Below, piece after piece: positions 16,790-25,242 of a stretch of DNA of 25,491 bases (positions are counted from its first letter, which is position 1; every line of letters begins with the position of its first letter). Origin of the DNA: an uncultured virus (IMG/VR IMGVR_UViG_3300031943_000020) (lineage: Duplodnaviria > Heunggongvirae > Uroviricota > Caudoviricetes). The DNA is taken from the IMG/VR virus record IMGVR_UViG_3300031943_000020. One strand, written 5' to 3'. A program made the translations under genes and the position numbers. The notes under the pieces were generated by a model. It made no database searches and was not told the origin of the DNA. It was given only the letters and a program-made list of their open reading frames with translations.

Positions 16790-16809
16790 ATTTTCTGAAG
16801 GGAGGTTTC

Positions 16810-17064
16810 ATGGCAGAAACACTAGGAGATCGGATACGAGTTGCACGGGCACGACTTCGTCTCAGCCAGGCAGCCCTCGCCAGGCGCATCGGTATTAGCT
16901 CGACGGCGATGAATGCTATCGAGTCAGGAGGGGCTGATCCACGGGCGTCACGGATTACGGCCCTGGCAAAAGCCTTGCAGGTCCGTCCTGACTATCTGCT
17001 AGGGTATACAGAGGAAGGACACGATGATGCCCCGCTTACCCTGGGTCTACTACCTCAGCCTTGA
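16810..17064 (+). CDS. XRE/Cro-family HTH regulator
   Basis: LGDRIRVARARLRLSQAALARRIGISSTAMNAIESGGADP..LAKALQVRPDYLLG; no peptidase domain. Confidence 0.92.
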   Translation: MAETLGDRIRVARARLRLSQAALARRIGISSTAMNAIESGGADPRASRITALAKALQVRPDYLLGYTEEGHDDAPLTLGLLPQP

Positions 17065-17356
17065 CCCTGCCACCACCGCGGCGCTCGGCCAGCCCATGCT
17101 CGACCTTCTCTGCGAGATTCACCAGGCGTGGGAGGGAACGCCCCCGGATGCCCAGGCCCAGGTGGCGCGGTGGGAGCAGGTCCGCCTCCGCCTCGCGGCC
17201 TTCCTCACGACCTGGGCCGGCGGCACGTTGGTCCCGAGTCGCCTCACGGCTGGCTGCCTGTCCTGTGGGGAACGGGCGTTTGAGTGCCGGACCTGTGCAG
17301 CCCGGGTCGAGGCCGTCTGGGTCCACCCGGGCATGGACGAGGATGTGTCTGTATGA
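17024..17356 (+). CDS. Hypothetical protein with CxxC...CxxC zinc ribbon
   Basis: CLSCGERAFECRTC; SD GAGGAAGG; ATGA-coupled to the next gene. Confidence 0.6.
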   Translation: MMPRLPWVYYLSLDPATTAALGQPMLDLLCEIHQAWEGTPPDAQAQVARWEQVRLRLAAFLTTWAGGTLVPSRLTAGCLSCGERAFECRTCAARVEAVWVHPGMDEDVSV

Positions 17357-17544
17357 CTCTACGCGCTGCGTCCTTTGTAGCGGCTCTCAATGCCCTATGT
17401 GTGGCCTATCAGTGTGATCTGGTCATCGATGTCGAGTATGACGGTCCCAAGTTCGTGCTTGTCCCGCTGGCGCTCGGCGAGGAGCCCTTGCGCTTTGCCG
17501 TGTGGGAGGACGAGACGACTAGCCCTTCATGCAAGCACGAGTAA
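17353..17544 (+). CDS. Hypothetical protein
   Basis: ATG 17353 overlaps the previous stop; MTLRAASFVAALNALC... Confidence 0.55.
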   Translation: MTLRAASFVAALNALCVAYQCDLVIDVEYDGPKFVLVPLALGEEPLRFAVWEDETTSPSCKHE

Positions 17545-17675
17545 TGCTTGCCAACGCCCTTCCGCTCTGGCATACTGGTGTCTCCGTCCACACCTCAGCG
17601 CCACACGTCAGCCCCTTTATCTGGGGAGAGGGGGGTAGGCGTGTGGTCTGGTATCGCCTGCGGAGGACGTCCACG

Positions 17676-17990
17676 ATGCCTGAGTGTCCGCATCCCGACT
17701 TTGAATCCCTCGTGACCGTCGCCGTGGTCACGCCTCCGGGCTTACCCCCCGGGCACCAGGTCCGCCTGCAAGTGCGCTGTACGCACTGCCAGGGACGGCT
17801 TACGTTTAGCGGATTGCCGCCGGTCCTGCCCGTGTCCGGCCAGACGGTCGCGCTCGGGGCAGGGGGGAGTGAAGTCTACCTGACTGGCACCGTCATACCG
17901 CCTAGCCCACCCCAGGAGGGGCAAGCGTGGACGCGGGTCGTGATGCCTGCGGCTCCCCCTGCGGAGGCGAGTGCCCTTACACAGCCTTGA
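17676..17990 (+). CDS. Hypothetical Cys/His protein (CxH...CxxC)
   Basis: SD GGAGG at 17662; MPECPHPDF..VRCTHC; an upstream start at 17544 is possible. Confidence 0.6.
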   Translation: MPECPHPDFESLVTVAVVTPPGLPPGHQVRLQVRCTHCQGRLTFSGLPPVLPVSGQTVALGAGGSEVYLTGTVIPPSPPQEGQAWTRVVMPAAPPAEASALTQP

Positions 17991-18016
17991 CAAGAACATG
18001 TCGATATTCTTATAGT
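17987..18016 (+). promoter_or_regulatory. Sigma70-type promoter for the MTase/packaging genes
   Basis: TTGACA (17987-17992), 18 nt, TATAGT (18011-18016). Confidence 0.6.
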
Positions 18017-18059
18017 AGAAGCAAGGCTAGAGCTGCGTCTTCTGTCAGGATACCCTTCT

Positions 18060-20660
18060 ATGCCACGCGCGCCACGTCCTAGTGTGCCCCAGGATGATCT
18101 GACGACGACGCTGGAACTGTTGCCCCTGGCTGACTTACGCCCCCATCCTCGCAATGATGGGTCGCATCCTCCTGAGGAACTCGCCCATCTCAAGCAAAGC
18201 CTGACTGAGCATGGCGTCTATCGCAATGTGGTGGTGGCTAAGGATGGCACGATTCTCGCTGGGCATGGGGTGGTCCAGGCAGCACGGGAACTTGGCCAGA
18301 CCCACATTGCGGGCAAGCGCCTACCCTATGGCCCCGACGATCCGCAGGCCCTCAAGGTGCTCGTGGGGGATAACCATATTGCGCGGCTGCGGCTTCAGGA
18401 TGATGCGCTGCTCGCGATGCTCCTTGAGGAGGTAAGCCACGATGATCCGCTGGCGTTGCTCGGGACAGGCTTCGATGCGGAGACGCTGGCGGCGCTGGGG
18501 GAGAGGCAGGGCGTATGGCCTGCAACGGGGGATGGGGAGGGCCGTGATGCTTTAGGCGCCGCTGGGGGCTCCCTGTCCACGGTGTCGCTGGCCGAGCGGT
18601 TCCTGGTGCCCCCGTTTAGCGTGTTGGATGCGCGCCAGGGCTACTGGCAGGCACGGAAACGGGCCTGGATTGCGCTGGGGATACAGAGTGAGTTGGGGCG
18701 GGGTGACAATATTGGAGCCATTCCAGCCAATGAAGCGGCGCTCCCTGAGCGCCGCTTCAGCACCGAGAACGGCCTGCTGGGAGAATCCCAGCAGGCCCGC
18801 AGTCACTACCGCGCCAGTCCTGGAGGGACGTTGCGTCCCGCAACGTCCCTCGGCAAAGACGGCAAGACACAGCGCGGCGACGGGGCTGGCAAGCCCCTGG
18901 CCCGAACCGAAGGTTCGGGCAGTCCAGGGGAGTTAGCGGCAGCCTACAAGGCGCAGGGCCGTCTCACGGCCCTGCAAAAGACGGGGGATAGCCGGCAAAC
19001 GGCCAGCTTGCGTGGGGGCTTGCTGTTTGGTACGACGCTCCATCCGTATGATGGAGCGTCGCCAAGCGGTGATCGTATGGGGAACCCAAGGGTGAACAGC
19101 GTCTTCGGGCCGCCCGAAGACGCTGGGACGGCTGCGTCACAATCGGGTACCTCCATCTTTGACCCCGTCCTCTGCGAATTGGCCTATCGGTGGTTCTGCC
19201 CGCCTGGCGGCACCATCCTCGATCCCTTTGCCGGGGGCAGTGTGCGCGGCATTGTCGCCGCCCGGCTGGGGCGTGCCTATACCGGCATTGATCTGCGCCC
19301 GGAACAACTCGCTGCGAATGACGCCCAATGGACCCAGATTGGTGGGGGTCCTGCCGGCGCCCCTGCGCTCCTCGCCCCTCCGCGTGTCGAATCCTGTGGC
19401 GACCTGCGCATCGTCCGCGATGACGAGGTGCCCGGCGGCTCCAAAGTCCGGGCGCTTCTCCGTGTACTACCGACGTTTCCGGCTGAGGAGCTGGTCTATG
19501 CGAGCCCTGCCGCTGGCTTTGCGCAGATTGCGCTGGCCCTGGCGGCCCAGATGACCGGAAAGCGCGCCACCATCTTTGTGGCGCACCGCAAGACGTTGCA
19601 TCCGTGTACGGCTGCTGCCCGCCAAGCCGGCGCTCGCATTGAAGAAGTCCCTGCCGGGTACCTCTCCAATGTCCAGGCGAAAGCCCGGGCCTATTGCGCG
19701 ACAACGGGTGCTGAGTTGGTGCCGTTTGGTCTGGACGCCCCGCCCTACCTGGAGGCTCTGGCCCAGATGGCGCGGGAGACCGGTGAGCACCCCAACGAAG
19801 TCTGGTGTGTGGCGGGGAGTGGCGTGCTGGCCCGCGCCTTGCGGCAGGCCTGGCCGACGGCCCACCTCTGCGTCGTGGTGATTGGCAAGGCGCCCACGCT
19901 TCCCGAGGACAATATCCACGTCTACCAGGCTCCCGAAGCCTTTGAGCAGGACGCACGCCAGCCGCCGCCTTTTGCGTCGTGTGGGCATTATGATGCCAAG
20001 GCGTGGCAGTTTGTGACGCAGCATGCGACGCCTGGCGCCTTGTTCTGGAATGTGGCGGGGGAGGCTCCCCTGGATGCCGCGCCTTCTAGGGTCTGTGCGC
20101 CGCGCTGGCTGGTGGGGGATAGCCAGGCGCTGGACACGTTACCGCTCGACCCGGCCTACGACTTTGTGTTTACCTGTCCCCCGTATGCCGATCTCGAACA
20201 GTACAGTGATGATCCCCGGGACCTTAGCGTCATGGACTTTCCGGCCTTCCTGGGCGCCTATCGTACTATTCTGGCCCAGGCGCTCGCCCGGCTGAAGGCG
20301 GACCGCTTTGCCTGTGTGGTCGTTGGGGATGTCCGTGCGCCTGATGGCTCCTACCGCAATCTGGTGAGTGAAACCATTGCGGCCGGCCAGGCGGCGGGGG
20401 CGACGCTCTACAATGAGGCGATCCTGGTGACTGCGGTGGGGAGCCTGCCCTTGCGCGCGGGGATCCCCTTTGTGGCCACGCGTAAGCTCGGCAAAACGCA
20501 TCAGAATGTACTGGTCTTTGTGAAGGGTGATGCGCGCCGGGCCACGGAGGCGTGTGGCCCGGTTGAGGTCACGCAGGCGTTAGAAGCGGTTATGCCGATA
20601 GGGGAGTCGAGCGGAGCGCTCGATACTGCATATAATACCCCTGCGGGCGCTCTGGAGTAA
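18060..20660 (+). CDS. ParB-like domain + amino (N6A/N4C-type) DNA methyltransferase interrupted by a PLP-dependent fold-type-II domain
   Basis: ParB: LRPHPRN..LKQSLTEHG..ILAGHG..DNHIA. MTase: TSIFDPVLCE..ILDPFAGGS..GIDLRPEQ (SAM-binding) and GDS..DFVFTCPPY (catalytic). Insert: VRDD..GGSKVR..VYASP..GFAQIALA..VWCVAGSGVL..YDAKAW..LFWNV. Confidence 0.85.
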   Translation: MPRAPRPSVPQDDLTTTLELLPLADLRPHPRNDGSHPPEELAHLKQSLTEHGVYRNVVVAKDGTILAGHGVVQAARELGQTHIAGKRLPYGPDDPQALKVLVGDNHIARLRLQDDALLAMLLEEVSHDDPLALLGTGFDAETLAALGERQGVWPATGDGEGRDALGAAGGSLSTVSLAERFLVPPFSVLDARQGYWQARKRAWIALGIQSELGRGDNIGAIPANEAALPERRFSTENGLLGESQQARSHYRASPGGTLRPATSLGKDGKTQRGDGAGKPLARTEGSGSPGELAAAYKAQGRLTALQKTGDSRQTASLRGGLLFGTTLHPYDGASPSGDRMGNPRVNSVFGPPEDAGTAASQSGTSIFDPVLCELAYRWFCPPGGTILDPFAGGSVRGIVAARLGRAYTGIDLRPEQLAANDAQWTQIGGGPAGAPALLAPPRVESCGDLRIVRDDEVPGGSKVRALLRVLPTFPAEELVYASPAAGFAQIALALAAQMTGKRATIFVAHRKTLHPCTAAARQAGARIEEVPAGYLSNVQAKARAYCATTGAELVPFGLDAPPYLEALAQMARETGEHPNEVWCVAGSGVLARALRQAWPTAHLCVVVIGKAPTLPEDNIHVYQAPEAFEQDARQPPPFASCGHYDAKAWQFVTQHATPGALFWNVAGEAPLDAAPSRVCAPRWLVGDSQALDTLPLDPAYDFVFTCPPYADLEQYSDDPRDLSVMDFPAFLGAYRTILAQALARLKADRFACVVVGDVRAPDGSYRNLVSETIAAGQAAGATLYNEAILVTAVGSLPLRAGIPFVATRKLGKTHQNVLVFVKGDARRATEACGPVEVTQALEAVMPIGESSGALDTAYNTPAGALE

Positions 20661-20853
20661 CGTTGTTGCGATAGGGTGCGATTACTTCGCCTGTATAGGG
20701 CACATAGGTGACGCCGCCATGGGTAAAGTTTGGCAGATGCCGTGCGTGCAAGGCCATGGCCACGGGAAAGCGTATCTCGGCACAGCGGCTCCCGCCTGGG
20801 GTGGTGCTAAAGCTGATCTGGGCGGGGAGTGTGGTACAATGTGTGGTATTCAT
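20590..20853 (-). CDS. Hypothetical protein, independently expressed (moron-like)
   Basis: SD AAAGGAAGG before ATG 20853; own promoter; convergent 71-nt overlap with the MTase 3' end. Confidence 0.55.
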   Translation of the reverse strand: MNTTHCTTLPAQISFSTTPGGSRCAEIRFPVAMALHARHLPNFTHGGVTYVPYTGEVIAPYRNNVTPERPQGYYMQYRALRSTPLSA

Positions 20854-20890
20854 AGTGAACCTTCCTTTACAAGGTTGACTGTGGATATTG

Positions 20891-20951
20891 GGGGTAGGTG
20901 TTCTGATCAACACCTGCCCCTGAGTCTAATGCATACGTTTACGAAAGTCCA
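20891..20951 (-). promoter_or_regulatory. Leftward promoter plus 5' hairpin
   Basis: On the - strand: TGGACT, 17 nt, TAGACT (20951-20923). Hairpin GGGGTAGGTGTT / AACACCTGCCCC at 20891-20920. Confidence 0.5.
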
Positions 20952-21007
20952 CGACAAAATGCTCTAGTCTCGCTTGTGCGGTTTATGCGGCAATAGAAAA
21001 GTGAACT

Positions 21008-21472
21008 ATGGGACGTCCTTTTCCGGATATTACGCCATATATTGACAAGCTCGTGAATGCGATTCTCATTGGCGCGACGTATGAACTGGCGGCGCTCTAT
21101 GCCGGGATTAGTGTCGATACCTTCGGGCGGTGGCGCAAGAAGGCCGCGACGGCGCCCGCCGGGACCCCTTTGGCCCTGTTGCATGAACGGCTCCAGGAGG
21201 CGGAGGGCCGTGCGGCTATCGGGTGGCTGGCGAAAATTGAGAAGGTTGCGACGGAGGGTGATTGGAAAGCCGCGGCGTGGAAATTGGAGCGTCGCTATCC
21301 TGAGACCTATGGTCGTACGTTCCAGAAGGTGGCGCTTACCACGCCTGATGGTGAAGCTGCTGCGCAGCCCACGATTATTTTCCTCCCCGCCCAATCGCCC
21401 AGCGCCGAGGAATGGGCGCAATCGGTGCAACATCTCTTGCCCACCAACGGGCACAAGCCTGATGAGGCATAG
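21008..21472 (+). CDS. terS: Putative terminase small subunit (HTH)
   Basis: HTH GATYELAALYAGISVDTFGRW and DWKAAAWKLERRYPETYG; sits immediately before terL. Confidence 0.72.
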   Translation: MGRPFPDITPYIDKLVNAILIGATYELAALYAGISVDTFGRWRKKAATAPAGTPLALLHERLQEAEGRAAIGWLAKIEKVATEGDWKAAAWKLERRYPETYGRTFQKVALTTPDGEAAAQPTIIFLPAQSPSAEEWAQSVQHLLPTNGHKPDEA

Positions 21473-21475
21473 CCT

Positions 21476-22903
21476 GTGGCAACGACCGCCCCGCCTGCGT
21501 CCGTTGCGGGTCGCGTCCTGTGGTATCCCCAGCCCAAGCAACACGCCCTCATGAGCTGTCCTGTCGAGGATATTCTCTTTGGTGGAGCGCGCGGCGGTGG
21601 GAAGACCGATGGCCTGGGCGGTGACTGGTTGCGGCATGCGCAGCACTATGGCCCTGCGGCACGTGGCTTCTTCTTTCGTATGACGTATCCAGAGTTAGAG
21701 GAAGTCGAGCAACGGTTTCAGGACTTCTTCCCCGCGATGGGCGGCACCTGGCAGGCGGCCAAGCGGACCTGGACCTTTGCTAATGGCGCACGGCTGCGCA
21801 TGCGGTATCTCGCCAGCATCAAAGATGCGACACAGTATCAAGGGTTTAGTAATACCTGGGTCGGGGGCGATGAGCTGGGCAATTATCCTGACAGCAAGGC
21901 CGTCGATCTCCTACGCGCAACCTTGCGCTCAGCAGCGGGCGTGCCGTGCGTGTTTCGGGGGTCCGCCAATCCTGGCGGCGTCGGCCATAACTGGCTGCGT
22001 GCCCGCTACGTTGATCCTGCCCCACCGCTGACGCCGTTTGATGCGGTCGAGACGGTGGCGGGCGAGACGATCACCGTCAAGCGCTGCTACATCCCCTCAA
22101 CGCTGGAAGACAATGCCCTGCTCATGCGCAACGACCCCACGTACTGGCAGCGGGTTATGGCGGCAGCCGGGGGCAATGAGGCACTCCTTAAAGCCTGGCG
22201 GTATGGGGATTGGGATGTCATTGCCGGCGGGCTGCTCGATGACGTGTGGGACGCGCGGGTGCATGTGCTAGAGCCGTTCGACATTCCTACGGCATGGACG
22301 ATTCGGCGGGCGTTTGACTGGGGTAGCTCGAAGCCGTTTAGCGTGGGGTGGTGGGCGCATGCCGACGGGGCATGCCCGGCTGGACCGCAGCAGGTTGTCT
22401 ATCGCAAGGGCACGCGCTTTCGCCTTATGGAACTGTATGGGTGGAATGGCAAGCCCAATGAAGGCTTGCGGCTTACTAATACCGACATTGCGCGGCGCAT
22501 TAGGGAGGTCGAGGCTAGCTCGCCCTATGCGGGCCGTATTCAGGCTGGCCCTGCGGATAGCCAGATTTATGATGTCGTCAACGGCCGCTCGATTGCGCAG
22601 GAGATGGCGACCCAGGGCGTAAGCTTTATTGCGGCCCAGAAAGGGCCAGGCTCGCGGCGTCAGGGCTGGTCGATGTTGCGACAGTTGCTCAATGCGAGTC
22701 GTCACTGGCCGATGGAGGAGCCGGGGCTGTTTGTCTTTAACACGTGTCGCCAATTTATCCGTACCGTGCCCATCTTGCCGCGCGATCCGCGTGATGCAGA
22801 TGATGCTGATACGGACGCGGAAGACCATGTGGGGGATGAGTGCCGATATGAATGTACCATGCCCTTGCCCACGAAGGCCGAGATGCGCGGCTTGAGGTTC
22901 TAG
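21476..22903 (+). CDS. terL: Terminase large subunit (Terminase_6-like)
   Basis: PQPKQ, Walker A GGARGGGKT, Walker B VGGDELG, GSANPGG, nuclease RAFDWG..ADS..EDHVGDECRY. Confidence 0.96.
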   Translation: MATTAPPASVAGRVLWYPQPKQHALMSCPVEDILFGGARGGGKTDGLGGDWLRHAQHYGPAARGFFFRMTYPELEEVEQRFQDFFPAMGGTWQAAKRTWTFANGARLRMRYLASIKDATQYQGFSNTWVGGDELGNYPDSKAVDLLRATLRSAAGVPCVFRGSANPGGVGHNWLRARYVDPAPPLTPFDAVETVAGETITVKRCYIPSTLEDNALLMRNDPTYWQRVMAAAGGNEALLKAWRYGDWDVIAGGLLDDVWDARVHVLEPFDIPTAWTIRRAFDWGSSKPFSVGWWAHADGACPAGPQQVVYRKGTRFRLMELYGWNGKPNEGLRLTNTDIARRIREVEASSPYAGRIQAGPADSQIYDVVNGRSIAQEMATQGVSFIAAQKGPGSRRQGWSMLRQLLNASRHWPMEEPGLFVFNTCRQFIRTVPILPRDPRDADDADTDAEDHVGDECRYECTMPLPTKAEMRGLRF

Positions 22904-22906
22904 GCT

Positions 22907-24475
22907 ATGTCCGTTGCGCTGAACCATCCTCAATACGATGAGTATGTGTATACTTGGCAGACCCTGCGTGATGCCTATGCCGGATCGGGAAACATCAAAC
23001 CCGCGGTAGTGTCCTCCAATAGTGCTCGCTCAAGTACCGGTATCAAGCAGGCCGGCACGCGCTACCTGCCCAGACCTGAAGGCATGCGCCTCGATTCCCA
23101 ATACGCGGCGTACCGCGACCGCGCCACGTGCAGCGGCGCACCCCAATGGGTCGCGCTCGGCCTGACGGGGGCGATCTTTCGCCGTGAACCGCAACTGGAG
23201 GTGCCCTCTCAACTCGATCCTCAGATGCGCAATGTGACCCGCACTGGCCTCCCGCTGCGCACCTTTGCGGAAGAAGTGGTACGCGATACGTTGCGCATGG
23301 GGAGGTACGGCGTCCTGCTCGATTTCCCCGCGCCGACCGTGCTGCCGAATGGCCGGGTCATTCCTCCCCCGCCTGGTTCTCGCCCGTACTGGATACCCTA
23401 CGCGACCGAGGAGATCGTCAACTGGCATGTAGTAGAGCGCGAAGGGGCGGAGCATATCGACATGATCGTCCTTGAGGAGAGTGTGCCCATGCGCCAGGGA
23501 GCATGGGGCACGGATGACTACTTCGTGATCAAGAATCAGCTCCAGCGCCGGGTGCTCCGGCTCAATGAGGAGGGCGTCTATGAGGTGAGCGTGTGGGTGA
23601 AAGTGCCGGCTACTCTGGGGGGCCAGCCCGCTACGTTCATGCCCACGCAGACGTGGATCCCTGATCGCATGGGGGAGCCGCTGAAGTTCCTCCCGTTCGT
23701 CTCAATGACGCCGCTGTCCCTCAAGCTCGATATTGTGCAATCGCTCCTGGAATCGCTTGTGGAGATTAGTTATAGGTATTATAGGCATAGCGCAGATTAT
23801 GAGCATGCCTTGCACCTGACCTCGCTCCCGACGCCCTGGGTGAGCGGCAATCTCGATCCCGCCACCGAACTCCTCATCGGCTCCCTCGTCGCCTGGGTCT
23901 TGCCCGATGGGGCGCAGGCGGGTATGCTGGAATACAAGGGCCAGGGCCTTCAGCCGCATGAGCACGCGATGCAGCAGGACCTCCATGACATGGCCGCCCG
24001 TGGCGCGAGTCTGCTGGAGGTGGCACCCCTGGTTCCCGAAACAATGACGGCCATGCTTACGCGCACGCAGGGGAGTGAGAGTCCCGTACAGACGTTGATT
24101 CGCAACGTAAGTGAGGGATTGACCACCTTGTTACGGTGGCACGCCTGGTGGAATGGCCAAAGTGAACGGCTCGATGATCCTGCGATTAGTTACAACCTGA
24201 ACAACAAGATCGCGGCCACAACGTTAGCGCCCCAACAGCTTCAGGCTCTCATGCAGACGTTCCTCAATGGGGCGATGTCATACGAAACGTTTTATTATAA
24301 TTTACAACAGGGCGAAGTAGCCCGTCCAGGTGTTGAGGTGGAGGAAGAGCAGGCCTTGCTCGAGGCGCGGGAAGCGGAACGGCTGGTGACGATGGCACAG
24401 GAGCAACGCATCGCAGGACGCAATGGCCAGCCGCGGCAGAACGGGCAGGCCGTGGGTCAAGGTGCTCGGGGGTAG
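22907..24475 (+). CDS. Portal protein (DUF4055-type)
   Basis: HPQY..YLPRP..YAAYRDRA, HSADYEHALHLTSLPTPWVSG, IGS..AGMLEY; follows terL. Confidence 0.88.
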   Translation: MSVALNHPQYDEYVYTWQTLRDAYAGSGNIKPAVVSSNSARSSTGIKQAGTRYLPRPEGMRLDSQYAAYRDRATCSGAPQWVALGLTGAIFRREPQLEVPSQLDPQMRNVTRTGLPLRTFAEEVVRDTLRMGRYGVLLDFPAPTVLPNGRVIPPPPGSRPYWIPYATEEIVNWHVVEREGAEHIDMIVLEESVPMRQGAWGTDDYFVIKNQLQRRVLRLNEEGVYEVSVWVKVPATLGGQPATFMPTQTWIPDRMGEPLKFLPFVSMTPLSLKLDIVQSLLESLVEISYRYYRHSADYEHALHLTSLPTPWVSGNLDPATELLIGSLVAWVLPDGAQAGMLEYKGQGLQPHEHAMQQDLHDMAARGASLLEVAPLVPETMTAMLTRTQGSESPVQTLIRNVSEGLTTLLRWHAWWNGQSERLDDPAISYNLNNKIAATTLAPQQLQALMQTFLNGAMSYETFYYNLQQGEVARPGVEVEEEQALLEAREAERLVTMAQEQRIAGRNGQPRQNGQAVGQGARG

Positions 24476-24478
24476 TCT

Positions 24479-24646
24479 ATGCCCATCCGCATGATTCGTA
24501 AAGGCGCCAGCAAAAAAGCCAAGCAACGCAAAGTCGGCCAGGTGATGCACGAGTTAAAACACAGTAGGACGAAGCGGCCACGCAAGCAGATGATCGCGAT
24601 TGCCTTACGGAGTGCGCGGCTCAATCGGCGCCGCAAGAAACGCTAG
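24479..24646 (+). CDS. 55-aa very basic protein, DUF6496-like (not in ORF track)
   Basis: MPIRMIRKGASKKAKQRKVGQVMHELKHSRTKRPRKQMIAIALRSARLNRRRKKR; 22 K/R, 1 acidic; KV..VMHE.K...RKQ.IAIAL motif. Confidence 0.75.
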   Translation: MPIRMIRKGASKKAKQRKVGQVMHELKHSRTKRPRKQMIAIALRSARLNRRRKKR

Positions 24647-24655
24647 GAGTACGCC

Positions 24656-24811
24656 ATGGCTGAACAGGATGTCGGGATCACCGAACAAGCGGTCCGCCAA
24701 TTTATCGCGCTGGTCGATGGTCCCCAGGGCGACGCAGCTCACGCGGATTATGCGACGCTGCTGCGTCGTGCGCAGGAGATCCTTGCCCAGGAACAACAAG
24801 CCCATCCGTAA
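24656..24811 (+). CDS. 51-aa hypothetical protein (not in ORF track)
   Basis: SD TAGGAG overlapping the previous stop; MAEQDVGITEQAVRQFIALVDG... Confidence 0.6.
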   Translation: MAEQDVGITEQAVRQFIALVDGPQGDAAHADYATLLRRAQEILAQEQQAHP

Positions 24812-24830
24812 TCTGTCGAGGAGATACCCC

Positions 24831-25229
24831 ATGCCTGACTATGATCCGACCATGGAAGCGCTTATCGCCTCCATCCGTGAGGCGCTTGCTCCGCCGGATG
24901 CCGATGCACCGCGCGGCTATATCGAGGATCTTCGTGCCGTCCAGGGTGCACTCGTCAAACAGTTGGCGGAGGAAAGTCCCGAGTCTCCCTCGCCTGAAGT
25001 CGAGCAGATGATGCGCCAAGCGCTCGGGGTATTGGACCCGAAGAGTGAAGACCAGTATCTTGGCTACGGGGAGGTGCTGCGGCGGCTGCTCAGTGCCGTG
25101 GATCGCCAGCTCTTTATCTGGTCCAGTGGCATGGTCCAGCCCGTCGGCCCCAGCGGGGATTACCAGGTGCATGAGTATGAGGAGCCTGTGGCTGCTGAGG
25201 AACCGCGTGCGCATCGGGCGCCGCATTAA
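24831..25229 (+). CDS. Hypothetical acidic protein
   Basis: SD GAGGAG before ATG 24831 (MPDYDPT...). Confidence 0.65.
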   Translation: MPDYDPTMEALIASIREALAPPDADAPRGYIEDLRAVQGALVKQLAEESPESPSPEVEQMMRQALGVLDPKSEDQYLGYGEVLRRLLSAVDRQLFIWSSGMVQPVGPSGDYQVHEYEEPVAAEEPRAHRAPH

Positions 25230-25242
25230 CGGGAGCACCACT

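Noticed and set aside
18060..18500. ParB as a plasmid partition protein
   Set aside because: No HTH or dimerisation domain and no adjacent parA; this is the ParB/Srx-type domain commonly fused to phage MTases.
19377..20060. Intein as the explanation for the MTase insertion
   Set aside because: No C-terminal His-Asn followed by Cys/Ser/Thr and no LAGLIDADG motifs; the insert has PLP-enzyme motifs instead.
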